This document shows positions 1 through 10,684 of a stretch of 64,000 bases of DNA, one piece after another. The stretch covers positions 125,716 through 189,715 of the forward strand of contig JAHLWS010000082.1 in assembly GCA_019057795.1 (NCBI GenBank), given 5' to 3'. The notes beneath the pieces were generated by a model. The model was not told the DNA's origin and did not search any database. It worked only from the letters and a program-made list of their open reading frames with translations. This stretch comes from Promethearchaeota archaeon (GTDB lineage: Archaea; Asgardarchaeota; Lokiarchaeia; Sigyniarchaeales; SOKP01). The position numbers and the translations under genes were made by a program. How positions within the stretch are numbered: position 1 is the stretch's first letter; every line of letters begins with the position of its first letter.

Positions 1-834
1 ATCAATATTTCCAGCCACACCTATCTTATGATCAAACAATTCTTGGGTTTTAGTAATGTCAACATATGGTCCAATGCTCAATGTATTTAACCTATCAATT
101 TTTTTAAGATAAGGCGCAACAACATTTAGATGTGACGTTATCTTTCCACACATATGAAGGATATTATAGTCATACACATTAAGGATCTCAGGTAGATAAT
201 CTATACTGAATTCTTTTACATGAGTAGGTCTCAACATCTGAAGATCATGTTCACAGATTACAAAGATTGTTGCTCCAGCTTCTTTCAAAACAGAAATGTA
301 CTCCTTAATTATTTCAATAGTTCGTTTGACTATTTGGTGTACAAAATTAGGGTTTTTTACTAGCCTTCTTATCAAAGCTTTATAAGGCATTAGCTGTAAG
401 CTAAAAGTTATTGGTCCCGTCATGAAAGCTGCTACAGGGACATTAGCTTCCTCGGCAAGAATTCGCGTGCCTTCAATCAAAACTCTTGTACTTTCTGTTA
501 ACATGAAATCTGGTATTTCTAATCTTTCTAAATCACTCTCTGATTCAATCACATATTTGGTAATCCAGGGGTTTTTATTAGGCGGATAAGTAACTTCTGC
601 CCCACAAGCTTCGGCAACCGGCCAGCTTGGTTCAACCTGAATTGTTGTTATATCATAACCATACAAATCCAATGCTTTTAGGTGAGCATTTGCAGCTTTT
701 TTCGCATCCTTATACATACTATTATAAGTCAGCCTATTTATGATCCCCGCATGATCCCCGATTTGGGGAAATACTGGTGGTCGATCAACTGAACGACCTT
801 TCAAAGCAGCAAAAATACGATCAAATGAATCCAT
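1..834 (-). CDS. Uroporphyrinogen decarboxylase-family (MtaA/CmuA-like) methyltransferase, 3' end outside window
   Basis: Manual translation from ATG at 834: MDSFDRIFAALKGRSVDRPPVFPQIGDHAG...; EACGAEV, GPITFS and LHMCG motifs typical of the URO-D/MtaA fold; not in ORF track because it runs off the window. Confidence 0.8.
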   Translation of the reverse strand, partial: MDSFDRIFAALKGRSVDRPPVFPQIGDHAGIINRLTYNSMYKDAKKAANAHLKALDLYGYDITTIQVEPSWPVAEACGAEVTYPPNKNPWITKYVIESESDLERLEIPDFMLTESTRVLIEGTRILAEEANVPVAAFMTGPITFSLQLMPYKALIRRLVKNPNFVHQIVKRTIEIIKEYISVLKEAGATIFVICEHDLQMLRPTHVKEFSIDYLPEILNVYDYNILHMCGKITSHLNVVAPYLKKIDRLNTLSIGPYVDITKTQELFDHKIGVAGNID

Positions 835-943
835 TATGTATAATATTCACTTTAATTTATAAAAATAAAAATTAGAGACTAAATAAATCTAATATTTTTA
901 AATAATTAAATATAAAATATTCTGAAGTTTTCTACTTCTGAAG

Positions 944-1504
944 ATGCCATTCTTTCAAATAAAATATGACGATGTTTATTTTGATCCTAAAGTTCAGGAG
1001 ATGTGTATTTCACCTAGTTTTAAGTGTCCTTTTTATGAGCATTCGTGGAGTTGTCCTCCAAATTCACCTTATCTTGAAAAAGCTATGTCAACTTACACAG
1101 AATTTTATTTAATCTACTCTACATTTGATCTAGAAGAATACATAAAGAAAGAAAAGGAAAAGACAAACAGATCAGAATTTTTCATTAAAAACACATTTTT
1201 GCTCACCAAAAGTTTCGAATTAAATGATTTGGAAACTGAATTCGATAAATTCTTAACCCAATATAATAAAAAGTATAAAAAACGACTTCTTTTGTACGAT
1301 GGGACATGTAAATACTGTAAAATTCAAAACGCGGGAAATTGCACCTTTGATTCTGGCGAACCATGCCGTTTTCCAAGAATGATAAGATATTCTATGGAAG
1401 CTGTAGGGATTGAAGTTATAAGGACAGTACTTGAACTGAATTTGGATGTTAAGTATCCCTCCAATAAATATTCATTTAGATTTGGCTTAGTTTGCTTTAA
1501 ATAA
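944..1504 (+). CDS. DUF2284-like predicted metal-binding protein
   Basis: Cys pattern C..CPFY..SWSCPP, GTCKYC, CRFP..RYSMEAVGI. Confidence 0.75.
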   Translation: MPFFQIKYDDVYFDPKVQEMCISPSFKCPFYEHSWSCPPNSPYLEKAMSTYTEFYLIYSTFDLEEYIKKEKEKTNRSEFFIKNTFLLTKSFELNDLETEFDKFLTQYNKKYKKRLLLYDGTCKYCKIQNAGNCTFDSGEPCRFPRMIRYSMEAVGIEVIRTVLELNLDVKYPSNKYSFRFGLVCFK

Positions 1505-1527
1505 AAAAAAAAATAAAATTAAAGTAA

Positions 1528-2784
1528 TTAATATTTTCCGTATTCCATTACAGCTTCAGTCATCGCTTTTACGTTTTCTACTTTCGCGTCGCCCATTCCA
1601 TTAAATTCGGTTGTTACTATGTAACCCCCGCCAGGTTTGTACTTGTTTATCGTTTCTTTCATGTGATCTTTGACCTGTTGGGGCGTTCCACTAATGAGAA
1701 GTGATGAAAGGATGCCACCAGCGATACAATATTTATCTCCTACAACTTCTTTTACTTTTGATAGGTCTGTTTTATCAAACCAAAGAATTACTTTCCCTTC
1801 CGGAAGTTCCGTAAGAGTGTCTAATAAATGATCCATACGGCCTTGGAAGCATAAAAGAGGCGTAAAATCTGCTTCAATTAATTCGTTGACAATTCTTTTT
1901 ATATAAGGGAAATGGAATTCCCTATATTGTTCAGGTGATAAATATGTATTATACCACGTCGGGCAGAACACCCTACGAGAGCCTGTTGTTTGCTTTGAGA
2001 TAGCACCTGTCAATTTCCCCACCGCTGCTAGTACGCCAGTTAAGGCATCACAAGCTGCTTTGACTTTCTCGGGCATTCTATAGAGATCTAATGTAAGTTT
2101 ATCAAAATCTCTTAACCATGCTCCAATAAAATCTAATGGATTTGGAGTCAAAGCTAAATACCATGGAAGCCAAGCCTCTTCTTTCATTTTCCCAATAAAT
2201 TCCCCGAAAAAAGCTGGAAATTTAGCAAGTTCTTGACCCATCTTTAATAAAGTACCTACTCCTGTTGGAGAATCTAAATTTGCTAAATTCTTATATGCTC
2301 TCGGCACAACGGTTTTCATGAGAAATTCAAAGGGTTGCTCTATAAGGCTATCGTATTCATCATCGTTCATAACGGGCTTGTCCATAACGAATTGTGATTC
2401 AACATTTTTTCCTACTTCTCTACCTGGATTTGAAGAGTAAACATCAGCTAAAATATCGTGTGATGCACCTCCAGCTAGAACGGAAGAGACAGCAACTCCT
2501 ATAGCTAAATCGGCATCATATCCTGCTAACGCTAGTCCCAGAGGTACGCTTTCAAATGATCGAAGGGAATTATATCCATCCCAGTTAAAATCTCTAGCGA
2601 ATTTAGCCATGACTTCTATGTATTTATTATTATCATGGAACATATCCTCATAACTTACTCCAGCATATTTTGCGGGAAAATAAGTCGTGTTTATCGCTAT
2701 AGGAACTCTATCCGGTTCTTTTGCTGCTGCTGCGGTTTCTAATCTCTCTAATTTCGCTTTATAAATTTCTTCAGCATTGTCCAT
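1528..2784 (-). CDS. Uroporphyrinogen decarboxylase-family methyltransferase (MT2-like)
   Basis: EPDRVPI N-terminus, LSPEQYREFHFPY, C-terminal GGGYI...ENVKAM; ATG at 2784 preferred over track start 2796; adjacent to corrinoid protein. Confidence 0.8.
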   Translation of the reverse strand: MDNAEEIYKAKLERLETAAAAKEPDRVPIAINTTYFPAKYAGVSYEDMFHDNNKYIEVMAKFARDFNWDGYNSLRSFESVPLGLALAGYDADLAIGVAVSSVLAGGASHDILADVYSSNPGREVGKNVESQFVMDKPVMNDDEYDSLIEQPFEFLMKTVVPRAYKNLANLDSPTGVGTLLKMGQELAKFPAFFGEFIGKMKEEAWLPWYLALTPNPLDFIGAWLRDFDKLTLDLYRMPEKVKAACDALTGVLAAVGKLTGAISKQTTGSRRVFCPTWYNTYLSPEQYREFHFPYIKRIVNELIEADFTPLLCFQGRMDHLLDTLTELPEGKVILWFDKTDLSKVKEVVGDKYCIAGGILSSLLISGTPQQVKDHMKETINKYKPGGGYIVTTEFNGMGDAKVENVKAMTEAVMEYGKY

Positions 2785-2788
2785 TATT

Positions 2789-3412
2789 CTAGGCACCTCC
2801 TACCCAATTTTTGATTATTTTTACACCATCTATTACATCATTAACCCAAGCATCCGCCCCTACATAATCACAAACACTCTGATCCGTCCGTTCTCCTCCA
2901 ATTATGACTTTTACTTTCTCTCTTAAATTACCACTTGCAATTGTTTCTATAGCATTCTTCATAGGCTCTATTGATAATGTAAGCAACCCACTCATACCTA
3001 CAACAAGTGGATTATGTTCTTTAATCGCATCTACAAATTTCTGAGCGGGAACATCTACACCTAAATCAATAACCTCAAAACCTTCAGCTTTTAAGAAGTT
3101 AATTGCTATATCTTTCCCTATATTATGTATGTCTCCCTCTACTGTTCCTATGACTACCTTTCCCAAACTTTCAGTAGCAGCTCCAACTAATTTTGGCATT
3201 AATAGTTCCATAGCTTGATTGAAAATCTCTCCTGCCATAATTAGGTCTGTTAAAAATATTGTATCACCAGATCCTTTGCCTATCTCTGTCATACCTATTC
3301 TACATGCTTCCAAAACTTTGATGGGATCTTCACCAGCATCAAGTTTTTCTTTTACTAATTTTAAAACCTTTTCTTCCTCTAAATTTGTAATTGCTTCAGA
3401 TATTTCATTCAT
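2789..3412 (-). CDS. Corrinoid (cobalamin-binding) methyltransferase protein
   Basis: B12-binding motif GDIHNIGK, DLGVDVP, SGLL, IIGG. Confidence 0.92.
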   Translation of the reverse strand: MNEISEAITNLEEEKVLKLVKEKLDAGEDPIKVLEACRIGMTEIGKGSGDTIFLTDLIMAGEIFNQAMELLMPKLVGAATESLGKVVIGTVEGDIHNIGKDIAINFLKAEGFEVIDLGVDVPAQKFVDAIKEHNPLVVGMSGLLTLSIEPMKNAIETIASGNLREKVKVIIGGERTDQSVCDYVGADAWVNDVIDGVKIIKNWVGGA

Positions 3413-3658
3413 ACTTATTTTACCTCACTTTAAGTTAATATTATAATACGAAAAAAAGTATTGCATTCGAATTTTTTTTTTAGGCTTTAAACTTTTTTCT
3501 TATATCTCATAAATAGGAAACTTATCCTATTAAATAAATTTTACCAGATTTGAAGTCTAGTTAAACATTTATCAATATTCAATAAGCTTTGCATAAAAAT
3601 TGAAGATATTTCCCCAATATCGAGTTTTTTAGAAACTTTTTCAGGAGAATATTAAATT

Positions 3659-3997
3659 TTAGTATTCACGCCAAGTATATTTACACTTAATGCATCTAAA
3701 AAAAGATGTACTTGGTTCGTCGGCACTTCGAGTTTGTTCTTGCCAAGCCTCTGCTTCTCTATAACCGCATTTTGGACAATCTTGCTTAACTTTTAGGTGG
3801 ACAGAAATTTTATCTTCTTCTGAGACAATAATTAGATTTTTTTCTAAAGCTTCTTTTTTTCTATTAATAATCTCGTTAATTTGTTCTATGCTTTGCTCTA
3901 ATTCTTTTTGATAACCACACTTACAAGCTAAAGTTGATTTTCCATCCAAAACTTCTTTACGTAAAAGACTTGAACATTCCGGACAAAATTCGACCAT
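3659..3997 (-). CDS. tfs: Transcription factor S (TFS/RpoM family)
   Basis: FCPEC N-terminal Zn ribbon; QTRSADEP acidic hairpin; C-terminal CxxC..WREY. Confidence 0.93.
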   Translation of the reverse strand: MVEFCPECSSLLRKEVLDGKSTLACKCGYQKELEQSIEQINEIINRKKEALEKNLIIVSEEDKISVHLKVKQDCPKCGYREAEAWQEQTRSADEPSTSFFRCIKCKYTWREY

Positions 3998-4172
3998 TTA
4001 ATCACAGTTAAACTTATTATTGTTCCTTAACTTTTCTAAATAAGCATATCTAATAAAATTTTTGCTTTTAAAAGATTATTTACTTTAAGAAATTAGAAAT
4101 TAACTAATTCTAACAAGTTTGCTATATTTTTTATTGAAAATCAGAATCATTTTAGATAGTTTATGGATAAAA

Positions 4173-4496
4173 TTAAACTAATTTTAACTCTTTTTTGATT
4201 TCATACAGCTTTAGATAATATTCAAAGTTAAGATTACTTTTATCTTGTATAATTTCTGCTTCTACTTCCTTTTCTCCTTCTATCTTAAAGTTTAACTTAC
4301 CAATAACATTAATTAGATTATTTATTTGAAAAGGATATTCAACTGCTTGTATATCGACCTTTATTTCTTCAGTTTTATCGTTCAAAATAATGTAGTCATT
4401 TTCAACGATATCCTTAACGTAACCCGTTATTTGAATTCGAATATCGGAGTTTTTTATATCTTTAATCGTCCTTTGAATTGCAACGTCGCGAACCAT
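4173..4496 (-). CDS. Small OB-fold protein (RPA small-subunit-like)
   Basis: IRIQITGYV...ILND...INVIGK beta pattern of a single OB fold; divergent from PCNA. Confidence 0.55.
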   Translation of the reverse strand: MVRDVAIQRTIKDIKNSDIRIQITGYVKDIVENDYIILNDKTEEIKVDIQAVEYPFQINNLINVIGKLNFKIEGEKEVEAEIIQDKSNLNFEYYLKLYEIKKELKLV

Positions 4497-4669
4497 TTTA
4501 TTAGGAATTTTTTTTTTTTTATATAGATCTAAAAATTTATGGGGGCTATAAATAATTAATTCAAAAATTACAAATAAGTATTATTAAAGGTCTAATACTG
4601 AATTTTATAAATATTGGTAATAAAACAATATTATTATAAATTAGCAATCAATAAAAGTACTGATTAAAT

Positions 4670-5473
4670 ATGTCATTTACTCTTAGGTTAGATAATAGTA
4701 GGATATTAAAGGTAATTACAGAAACGCTTTCAAGTATTATTGATGAAACTGAATTTAAAGTTACTCCTAAGGAATTTATTATTACAGCAATGGATCCAAG
4801 TCGAATCTGTCTGTTAAAATTGTCTATAAAAAAAGAAAGTTTTGACGATTATAAATGTAGCAAGGAAACTAAAATTGGTTTAAATTTAGACGATTTAGAT
4901 AAAATACTGAAGAGAAGTGCTTCTAACGACTCTCTTGAGATCGATTTTAAAGAGACCGACCAAAAAATCAAAATAAAAATGGAAAGAGAAGGAAAAAGTC
5001 GTTCACGAACTTTCAGTTTAGCTTTAATTGATCTTGATAGGGAAGAAATTCCTATGGAAAACTTGTTAAAAATCGAGTACCCAGCTAAATGGGTTATAGA
5101 TACGGATTTTCTTATAGAAGCAATAAAAGACGCTGAAATTTATTCGGAAATACTTAATATGAAAGCTATTAAAGATGAAGGATTACTTTTTAGCTCAACG
5201 GGACAAATCGGTGAAATGGAGTATAGTATTAGCACAGATGATTTAATTCAGAGTGATATCGAGGAAACTTGTAGTGGAGCGTATAGTCTTACCTTTTTGA
5301 AAGCAATTCTAAAAATGGCTCCGATAACTGAAAAACTAGAGGTATCTTTAAAAACAGATCACCCTTTAAAAATGAGTTTTGGTCTTTTAGAGGGCGGTGA
5401 ATTAAGTTATTTCCTCGCGCCTCGTGTCGAAGAAGCTGACTTTGACGACGACGACGATATGGATGAATTCTAA
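4670..5473 (+). CDS. pcn: DNA polymerase sliding clamp PCNA
   Basis: AMDPSRICL, YSLTFL, C-terminal YFLAPRVE with acidic tail. Confidence 0.96.
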   Translation: MSFTLRLDNSRILKVITETLSSIIDETEFKVTPKEFIITAMDPSRICLLKLSIKKESFDDYKCSKETKIGLNLDDLDKILKRSASNDSLEIDFKETDQKIKIKMEREGKSRSRTFSLALIDLDREEIPMENLLKIEYPAKWVIDTDFLIEAIKDAEIYSEILNMKAIKDEGLLFSSTGQIGEMEYSISTDDLIQSDIEETCSGAYSLTFLKAILKMAPITEKLEVSLKTDHPLKMSFGLLEGGELSYFLAPRVEEADFDDDDDMDEF

Positions 5474-5597
5474 GATTTTTCCATCAATTGTTTTGAAAAC
5501 GATAATAAACCAATTAACTCTTTGCGGTTAAATTGGAAAACTCCTATATCAATTATATGTACTTATTTTATATTTAAAAAGTAAGGTAAGAGAAGCT

Positions 5598-6812
5598 TTG
5601 AGCATACCAACTGATTTAGTAAACCGTTATCCTTGGCTTCCTTCTTTAAAACGTTTTTATTCTGATATTGCCGATAAACTCCCTTCTGAATTTATTTCTG
5701 ATATTTTTTCTAAAAGCGATAGTAAGCAAATTTCTGAACATATTCTTATAATTTTTGAATCTGCTTTTAATAATTTGGAAGATATCCCGAATTTAAAGGA
5801 CGAAAACTTGTCTATCCAAGTATATATTTTACTTAATATTTTAGTTTATACCCTAGATAATAAGTTAATAACAAATAGAATCGCGAATTTGTATTCTAAG
5901 GATGCTTATAGCAAGATGGAACGAGATAACAGCGAATCGGCTCTTTACGATATATGTTTAGATTTGGAATTGAGAGTTAATTTTTATGATCCTCCCATTA
6001 GATATGGAAATAAAATGTTAAAAGATAATCGTGAAAAACAAGTAACTAACTTTACTATTTACTATATTGATTATCTTAAACTTGCTTCACATTTACGAGA
6101 TGAATACAGAAAATTAGCCCATAATCCACTAGAAAATGGTTATGTGTACATTAAAAATAGAAGTTTAATGCGTTTGATACAAGAATATGTTAGAAATAAA
6201 ATCCTTATTGAAGAGACGGAAGATAAAGCCTCATTAAAATCATTTCTTGAAGAAGTTCTTAAAATTCAAGAATTTAAAGAACTATATGAAAAAATCAATA
6301 GTATTTGGGCAAAGAGAAAAGAAGATTTTGATTTTACATTTAAAATCGATATTACTGGTAAAACTGATATTCTGAAGCTTTATCCTCCGTGTGTAAAGGA
6401 AATCTTAAAAAAAGCTGGGGAAGGACAAAATTTAGTGCATTATGAACGGCTCTTTATAGTTTGGTTTTTACTCGCTTTAGAGTATCCAGTTGAAAAAGTT
6501 GTAGATGTATTTTCTACTTTACCTGATTTTGATAGAGAAAAAACTAATTATCAAGTAGAATATGCAAAGAAAAAAAAATACGTTCCATATCAGTGTTCTA
6601 CTTTACAATCAATTACCCTTTGTATGAAAGAGAAATATAAAGATAAGCTGTGTCAAGAAGGATACGGTTCAAAAGAACTAACTGAGAGAAAAAAATTAAA
6701 TCATCCTTTAAATTATGTCAGAATAAAACAATACAGAGATGAGAAAGAAGAAGAATACCTTAAAAATAAGGCAAAAAGAGAACTGGAGGAATCACAGAAG
6801 CAAAATGGTTGA
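5598..6812 (+). CDS. priL: DNA primase large subunit
   Basis: YPWL N-terminus, YPPCV...LVHYER, PYQC..LC Fe-S ligands, HPLNY; between PCNA and PriS. Confidence 0.9.
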   Translation: MSIPTDLVNRYPWLPSLKRFYSDIADKLPSEFISDIFSKSDSKQISEHILIIFESAFNNLEDIPNLKDENLSIQVYILLNILVYTLDNKLITNRIANLYSKDAYSKMERDNSESALYDICLDLELRVNFYDPPIRYGNKMLKDNREKQVTNFTIYYIDYLKLASHLRDEYRKLAHNPLENGYVYIKNRSLMRLIQEYVRNKILIEETEDKASLKSFLEEVLKIQEFKELYEKINSIWAKRKEDFDFTFKIDITGKTDILKLYPPCVKEILKKAGEGQNLVHYERLFIVWFLLALEYPVEKVVDVFSTLPDFDREKTNYQVEYAKKKKYVPYQCSTLQSITLCMKEKYKDKLCQEGYGSKELTERKKLNHPLNYVRIKQYRDEKEEEYLKNKAKRELEESQKQNG

Positions 6813-8088
6813 ATACACATATCTAAAAAGGTTATTTCAAGCCTATTACCAAGAAAAACAATTTGATCTCCCTAAAGTAAGTTCTTTCAACTTAAGGGAA
6901 TTTGGTTTAATCCCTTGGGAAAAAAAAGTTTTTATGAAGAGACATATGAGTTTTGATAATCTGGATAATCTAAGATATTATTTAATAAAGGATGCTCCAA
7001 GACACTTATATTCCAGTGGTTCACTTTATCTAAAACCTGATGCACGAGATATGAATAATAAAGAGTACCAAGGGTGTGATTTTATTATTGATATTGATGT
7101 CGATCACTTCTATACTCCATGTAAAGATCAACACGATCTATGGACTTGTAAAGATTGTGGAGATGAGGGAACAGGCATGCCGAAAATTTGCCCAAAATGT
7201 AAGGGTTCAAAGTTTACTAAAGTCAGTTGGGTGTGTGATCAATGTTTAGATGCTGCTAAAAACGAGATTACTAAATTAATTTCTAATTATCTTAGCCCCG
7301 ATTTTGGAATTGAAGAAAAAGATATGAAAATTGCGTTTTCAGGTCACAGAGGATATCACCTTAAAATTGAAAGTGAAGAGCTTAGAAAACTCACTAGTGA
7401 GGAAAGGAGAGAAATTGTAGATTACATCACCGGAGAAAATATAAATTTTGAAATTTTAGGATTAAATGAAAGATCTAACATAATCTACGGACTGCTGGTG
7501 AACAACATTGGATGGTCCCAAAAAATAATGAATAAAGTTATTGAAGTATTAAAACAGCCTAAAAATATAGTAAAAAATATGCTTTTAGATGAAAATTTAT
7601 TTGATTTCACGCCATTTTATGTTAGAAGCTTTTTAAACTATAAAGATGATTTCCTAGAGCTAATTACTAAAGGAGAAAGAAATGTTTGGGCTATTGAAGG
7701 CTTTGGTTTAACTAATTGGAAGAAACTCCTAAGAGGAATTGTTAAACAAATAGGAGTTGAATTAGACGAGCCGGTATCAATAGATATACATCGACTCATA
7801 CGATATCCTGGATCGTTACATGGAAAAACAGGATTTAAAGTTCAAGAAATTGAATTAAATGAACTTGACGGTTTTAACCCTTTAGATGAATCTAATGAGA
7901 AATTAGATCCAATCGTGTTTAAAAGTAAAAAAAAATTGACCCAAAAATTAGAAATAGTGGAAAATAAATTACCAATCACTAAAATCAAGGGTGAATCGTT
8001 TGGTCCCTATGTCAAAGGTGAAAAAATAGAAGTTCCTCACCACATTGCAGTATTTTTATTATGTAAAGAAGTTGCTAAAACTATTTAA
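6805..8088 (+). CDS. priS: DNA primase small (catalytic) subunit with Zn-ribbon insert
   Basis: REFG, DIDVD catalytic motif, FSGHRGYH, DIHRLIRYPGSLHGKTG; likely ATG at 6805 overlapping the priL stop. Confidence 0.93.
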   Translation: MVEYTYLKRLFQAYYQEKQFDLPKVSSFNLREFGLIPWEKKVFMKRHMSFDNLDNLRYYLIKDAPRHLYSSGSLYLKPDARDMNNKEYQGCDFIIDIDVDHFYTPCKDQHDLWTCKDCGDEGTGMPKICPKCKGSKFTKVSWVCDQCLDAAKNEITKLISNYLSPDFGIEEKDMKIAFSGHRGYHLKIESEELRKLTSEERREIVDYITGENINFEILGLNERSNIIYGLLVNNIGWSQKIMNKVIEVLKQPKNIVKNMLLDENLFDFTPFYVRSFLNYKDDFLELITKGERNVWAIEGFGLTNWKKLLRGIVKQIGVELDEPVSIDIHRLIRYPGSLHGKTGFKVQEIELNELDGFNPLDESNEKLDPIVFKSKKKLTQKLEIVENKLPITKIKGESFGPYVKGEKIEVPHHIAVFLLCKEVAKTI

Positions 8089-8140
8089 GTTAAAATATTA
8101 TTAGGTAATATCCTTCATTATATCAATAGATTTAAAAATT

Positions 8141-8839
8141 TTGATGTTCATGAATTTAAAAGCTGATTACAAGAGACTTTATCAACATTGGCTTAAGGAA
8201 TTTGAGCAAACTGCCTTAGCACGCTTAACTCAAGAGGATTTTAATTATTTTAGTAAAATTGTTAAACATATCAAGAAATTTGAGCTAGAAAATAAACAAA
8301 AAGTTAAACTTCAATTATTAAATTCATACAAAGAGAATTTCAATTTTTTATTTACTGATTTCTTAAAAATTCGAGAGTTAAAATTATTAAATGCGGCTTT
8401 AATACTTCAAGAGATTGATTTTAACGACGTTATAGAAGCAGAAAAGCTTTTCTATCAAAATTTAATTAGTTCCATCAAAGGGTTTAAAAAGCTTAAGAAA
8501 ATCGCATTATACGACGATAACGAGTCCCTTGAATTGGAAGAAATTTTTGAAAAAGAAAATGTCATAGTTGAGCCTACACTAGTAGAAAAAGTTAAAGATG
8601 ACGAAAAAAATATCGTTCCTATTGATGACATTTCAGAAAAATCAAAAACAATTCAAACTAATCAATCAGCTCAATATAAATACACTCTCATTCGATTTAT
8701 CAGCCCTTCCCCTCCCTTAGTTGGAATCGATGGATTTAATTATGGACCTTTTCAGGAAGATGATATCGCTAATTTACCATATAAAAACGCGAAAATTCTT
8801 ATTTATGAGAAATTCGCAGAAAAAATAGATTTAATTTAA
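8141..8839 (+). CDS. GINS complex protein (Gins15/51 type)
   Basis: Helical A-domain plus C-terminal B-domain LVGIDGFNYGPFQEDDIANLPYKNAKIL; follows priS. Confidence 0.8.
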   Translation: MMFMNLKADYKRLYQHWLKEFEQTALARLTQEDFNYFSKIVKHIKKFELENKQKVKLQLLNSYKENFNFLFTDFLKIRELKLLNAALILQEIDFNDVIEAEKLFYQNLISSIKGFKKLKKIALYDDNESLELEEIFEKENVIVEPTLVEKVKDDEKNIVPIDDISEKSKTIQTNQSAQYKYTLIRFISPSPPLVGIDGFNYGPFQEDDIANLPYKNAKILIYEKFAEKIDLI

Positions 8840-9027
8840 CTTTTTTCAAACCTTTTCTTAAATTCCTCTTTAAAATATAAAATGCGATATTTCCCATACT
8901 TATCGATTAAAGAAAATTTTGGTGGTTTAGGATTAATCAATTTCCCACCGCAATATCTACATTTAGATTCTGGATTAATCAATCCATATCTACTGCAATC
9001 GCTACATTTTTGGAGGTATTTTGTCAA
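8836..9027 (-). CDS. nop10: H/ACA RNP protein Nop10
   Basis: CxxC..Y...CxxCGG...PPKFSLIDKYGKYR; downstream of aIF2alpha. Confidence 0.9.
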   Translation of the reverse strand: MTKYLQKCSDCSRYGLINPESKCRYCGGKLINPKPPKFSLIDKYGKYRILYFKEEFKKRFEKS

Positions 9028-9057
9028 CTTTATTACAAATCTCTGTTTATTTAGGTA

Positions 9058-9882
9058 TTAATCTCGTATAAACTCATAATTTCCGTTATTTTGTAGTGTT
9101 AATTTCTCAAGAACCTCTAGTGCATCTGATAGGATATTTTCTGCGTCTAGATAATCTTTAGAGACTACTTCTAATCTATAAAACGGTGCTCCGATATATG
9201 ATAAAGTTAACTTTCTCGTCTCCGTTGGAGTATCAACTACTTTTAAAACTTCATTCAATGTTTCTTTAATTTTGTCTACACCATCTCCACTTGTGTTAAC
9301 AAGTTTTAATTTTCCAATTATGTTTACTGTGGAGATCTCAACATTCTCATCAACAATTTTCAAGAAAGCTTGTTTGACTTCTTCGGGAATGTTTTCAAGA
9401 TCGTCCAAAATCTCTTTCCCTTCTTCTTTAAGAGCTTCAATAGCTTCTTGGTAAAAATCAAACTGTTCTTTTATAGGCCAGCCAATGAGCTCGTACGCTT
9501 CGCCCATACTTATATCGATACCCTCTGTTTCCGTTAAAAACTGTAGTAAATTTTCGTATTTACTCGCGTATTTATGTTCCTTTACTATCAGAGCTTTTTG
9601 GGCAGAGTTTACGCGTCTTAAGGATAAATCAATCTGTCCCTTATCAGGTACAACTTTTACAACTCTTAATACGATTCTTTGGTTTATTCTCACTATGCTC
9701 CTAATGTTTTTAACCCATCTACTCGAAATCTCACTAATATGTATCATTCCTCTTGCGCATTCTTCTGAAGGTAAGCCATCGAAATCAGGTAAATCCACGT
9801 AAATATACTGATGTTGAATGTCAACAACACGACCCATAATAAAAGCGCCTTCTCGAGGAAACGGGAGTCTATTCTTTACCAT
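9058..9882 (-). CDS. eif2a: Translation initiation factor 2 alpha subunit
   Basis: S1 domain GMIHISEISSRWVKNIR, KGQIDLSLRRV, YIGAPFYR. Confidence 0.95.
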   Translation of the reverse strand: MVKNRLPFPREGAFIMGRVVDIQHQYIYVDLPDFDGLPSEECARGMIHISEISSRWVKNIRSIVRINQRIVLRVVKVVPDKGQIDLSLRRVNSAQKALIVKEHKYASKYENLLQFLTETEGIDISMGEAYELIGWPIKEQFDFYQEAIEALKEEGKEILDDLENIPEEVKQAFLKIVDENVEISTVNIIGKLKLVNTSGDGVDKIKETLNEVLKVVDTPTETRKLTLSYIGAPFYRLEVVSKDYLDAENILSDALEVLEKLTLQNNGNYEFIRD

Positions 9883-10120
9883 AATATCTATCAGATTATT
9901 TGAATATTATTTTGATTTATAATAAATTAACAAATTATGACTTTTTACTTTTATTATCTTATTTAATAAAAAAGATTATTTTTTATCTCATCTTTTCAAA
10001 TATATCATAAATATAATTTAAAACTGTTCCTTAAGTGATCTAAAAATACCTAACTGGGTCGTTCATAATAAGTGGGCAAAAATAGCGGGAATAGACGAAT
10101 TAATCGCGAATGTCGTCGAT

Positions 10121-10522
10121 ATGAACATCGACTACGGGACTACTTGGGCGTTTAATTCTAATAATAACGACCCTAGCAACGACGATGAAAGCGTTATCGT
10201 CAAACAACTAAAGTTCTTTCATCAAAAAGATTTAGAAAAAAAATATAGCGATAAGAATTTGTATGTAAAAGCTTTTTACTTACATCACCTGTTAGATTAT
10301 TTTAGAGAAACTCGCTTTGATATTTACGATATTGACCTAATTTTTGATAAATTCCTACAAGAAAAAGTTAAAACTCAAATAGTAAATAACATAGGGAAAG
10401 AAATCAATTTCCAAAAAGAAATTCACCAAATTTTCGATCTTTTAAAAAAAAATAAAAGAGAATTATATTCCGATCTAAGAGGGGAATACTTAACAAGGTT
10501 AGATAATAAAAAGGAACAATGA
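10121..10522 (+). CDS. Hypothetical protein (frame open upstream to at least 10046)
   Basis: ORF track; upstream in-frame IPNWVVHNKWAKIAGI looks protein-like. Confidence 0.55.
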   Translation: MNIDYGTTWAFNSNNNDPSNDDESVIVKQLKFFHQKDLEKKYSDKNLYVKAFYLHHLLDYFRETRFDIYDIDLIFDKFLQEKVKTQIVNNIGKEINFQKEIHQIFDLLKKNKRELYSDLRGEYLTRLDNKKEQ

Positions 10523-10684
10523 AATTATGACCTAGTACTTTAACCAAGTGCTTTCCTCAGAAATATAACTTTAATTTATAGTAAAAAATAAATATTCAAT
10601 ATCATTAAAGTAGTTATCATTTAATCTAAAAATGTACAATTCAAAATTAATTCTTAAAAAAAAAAGTTAGGAAATTGATTAAAA

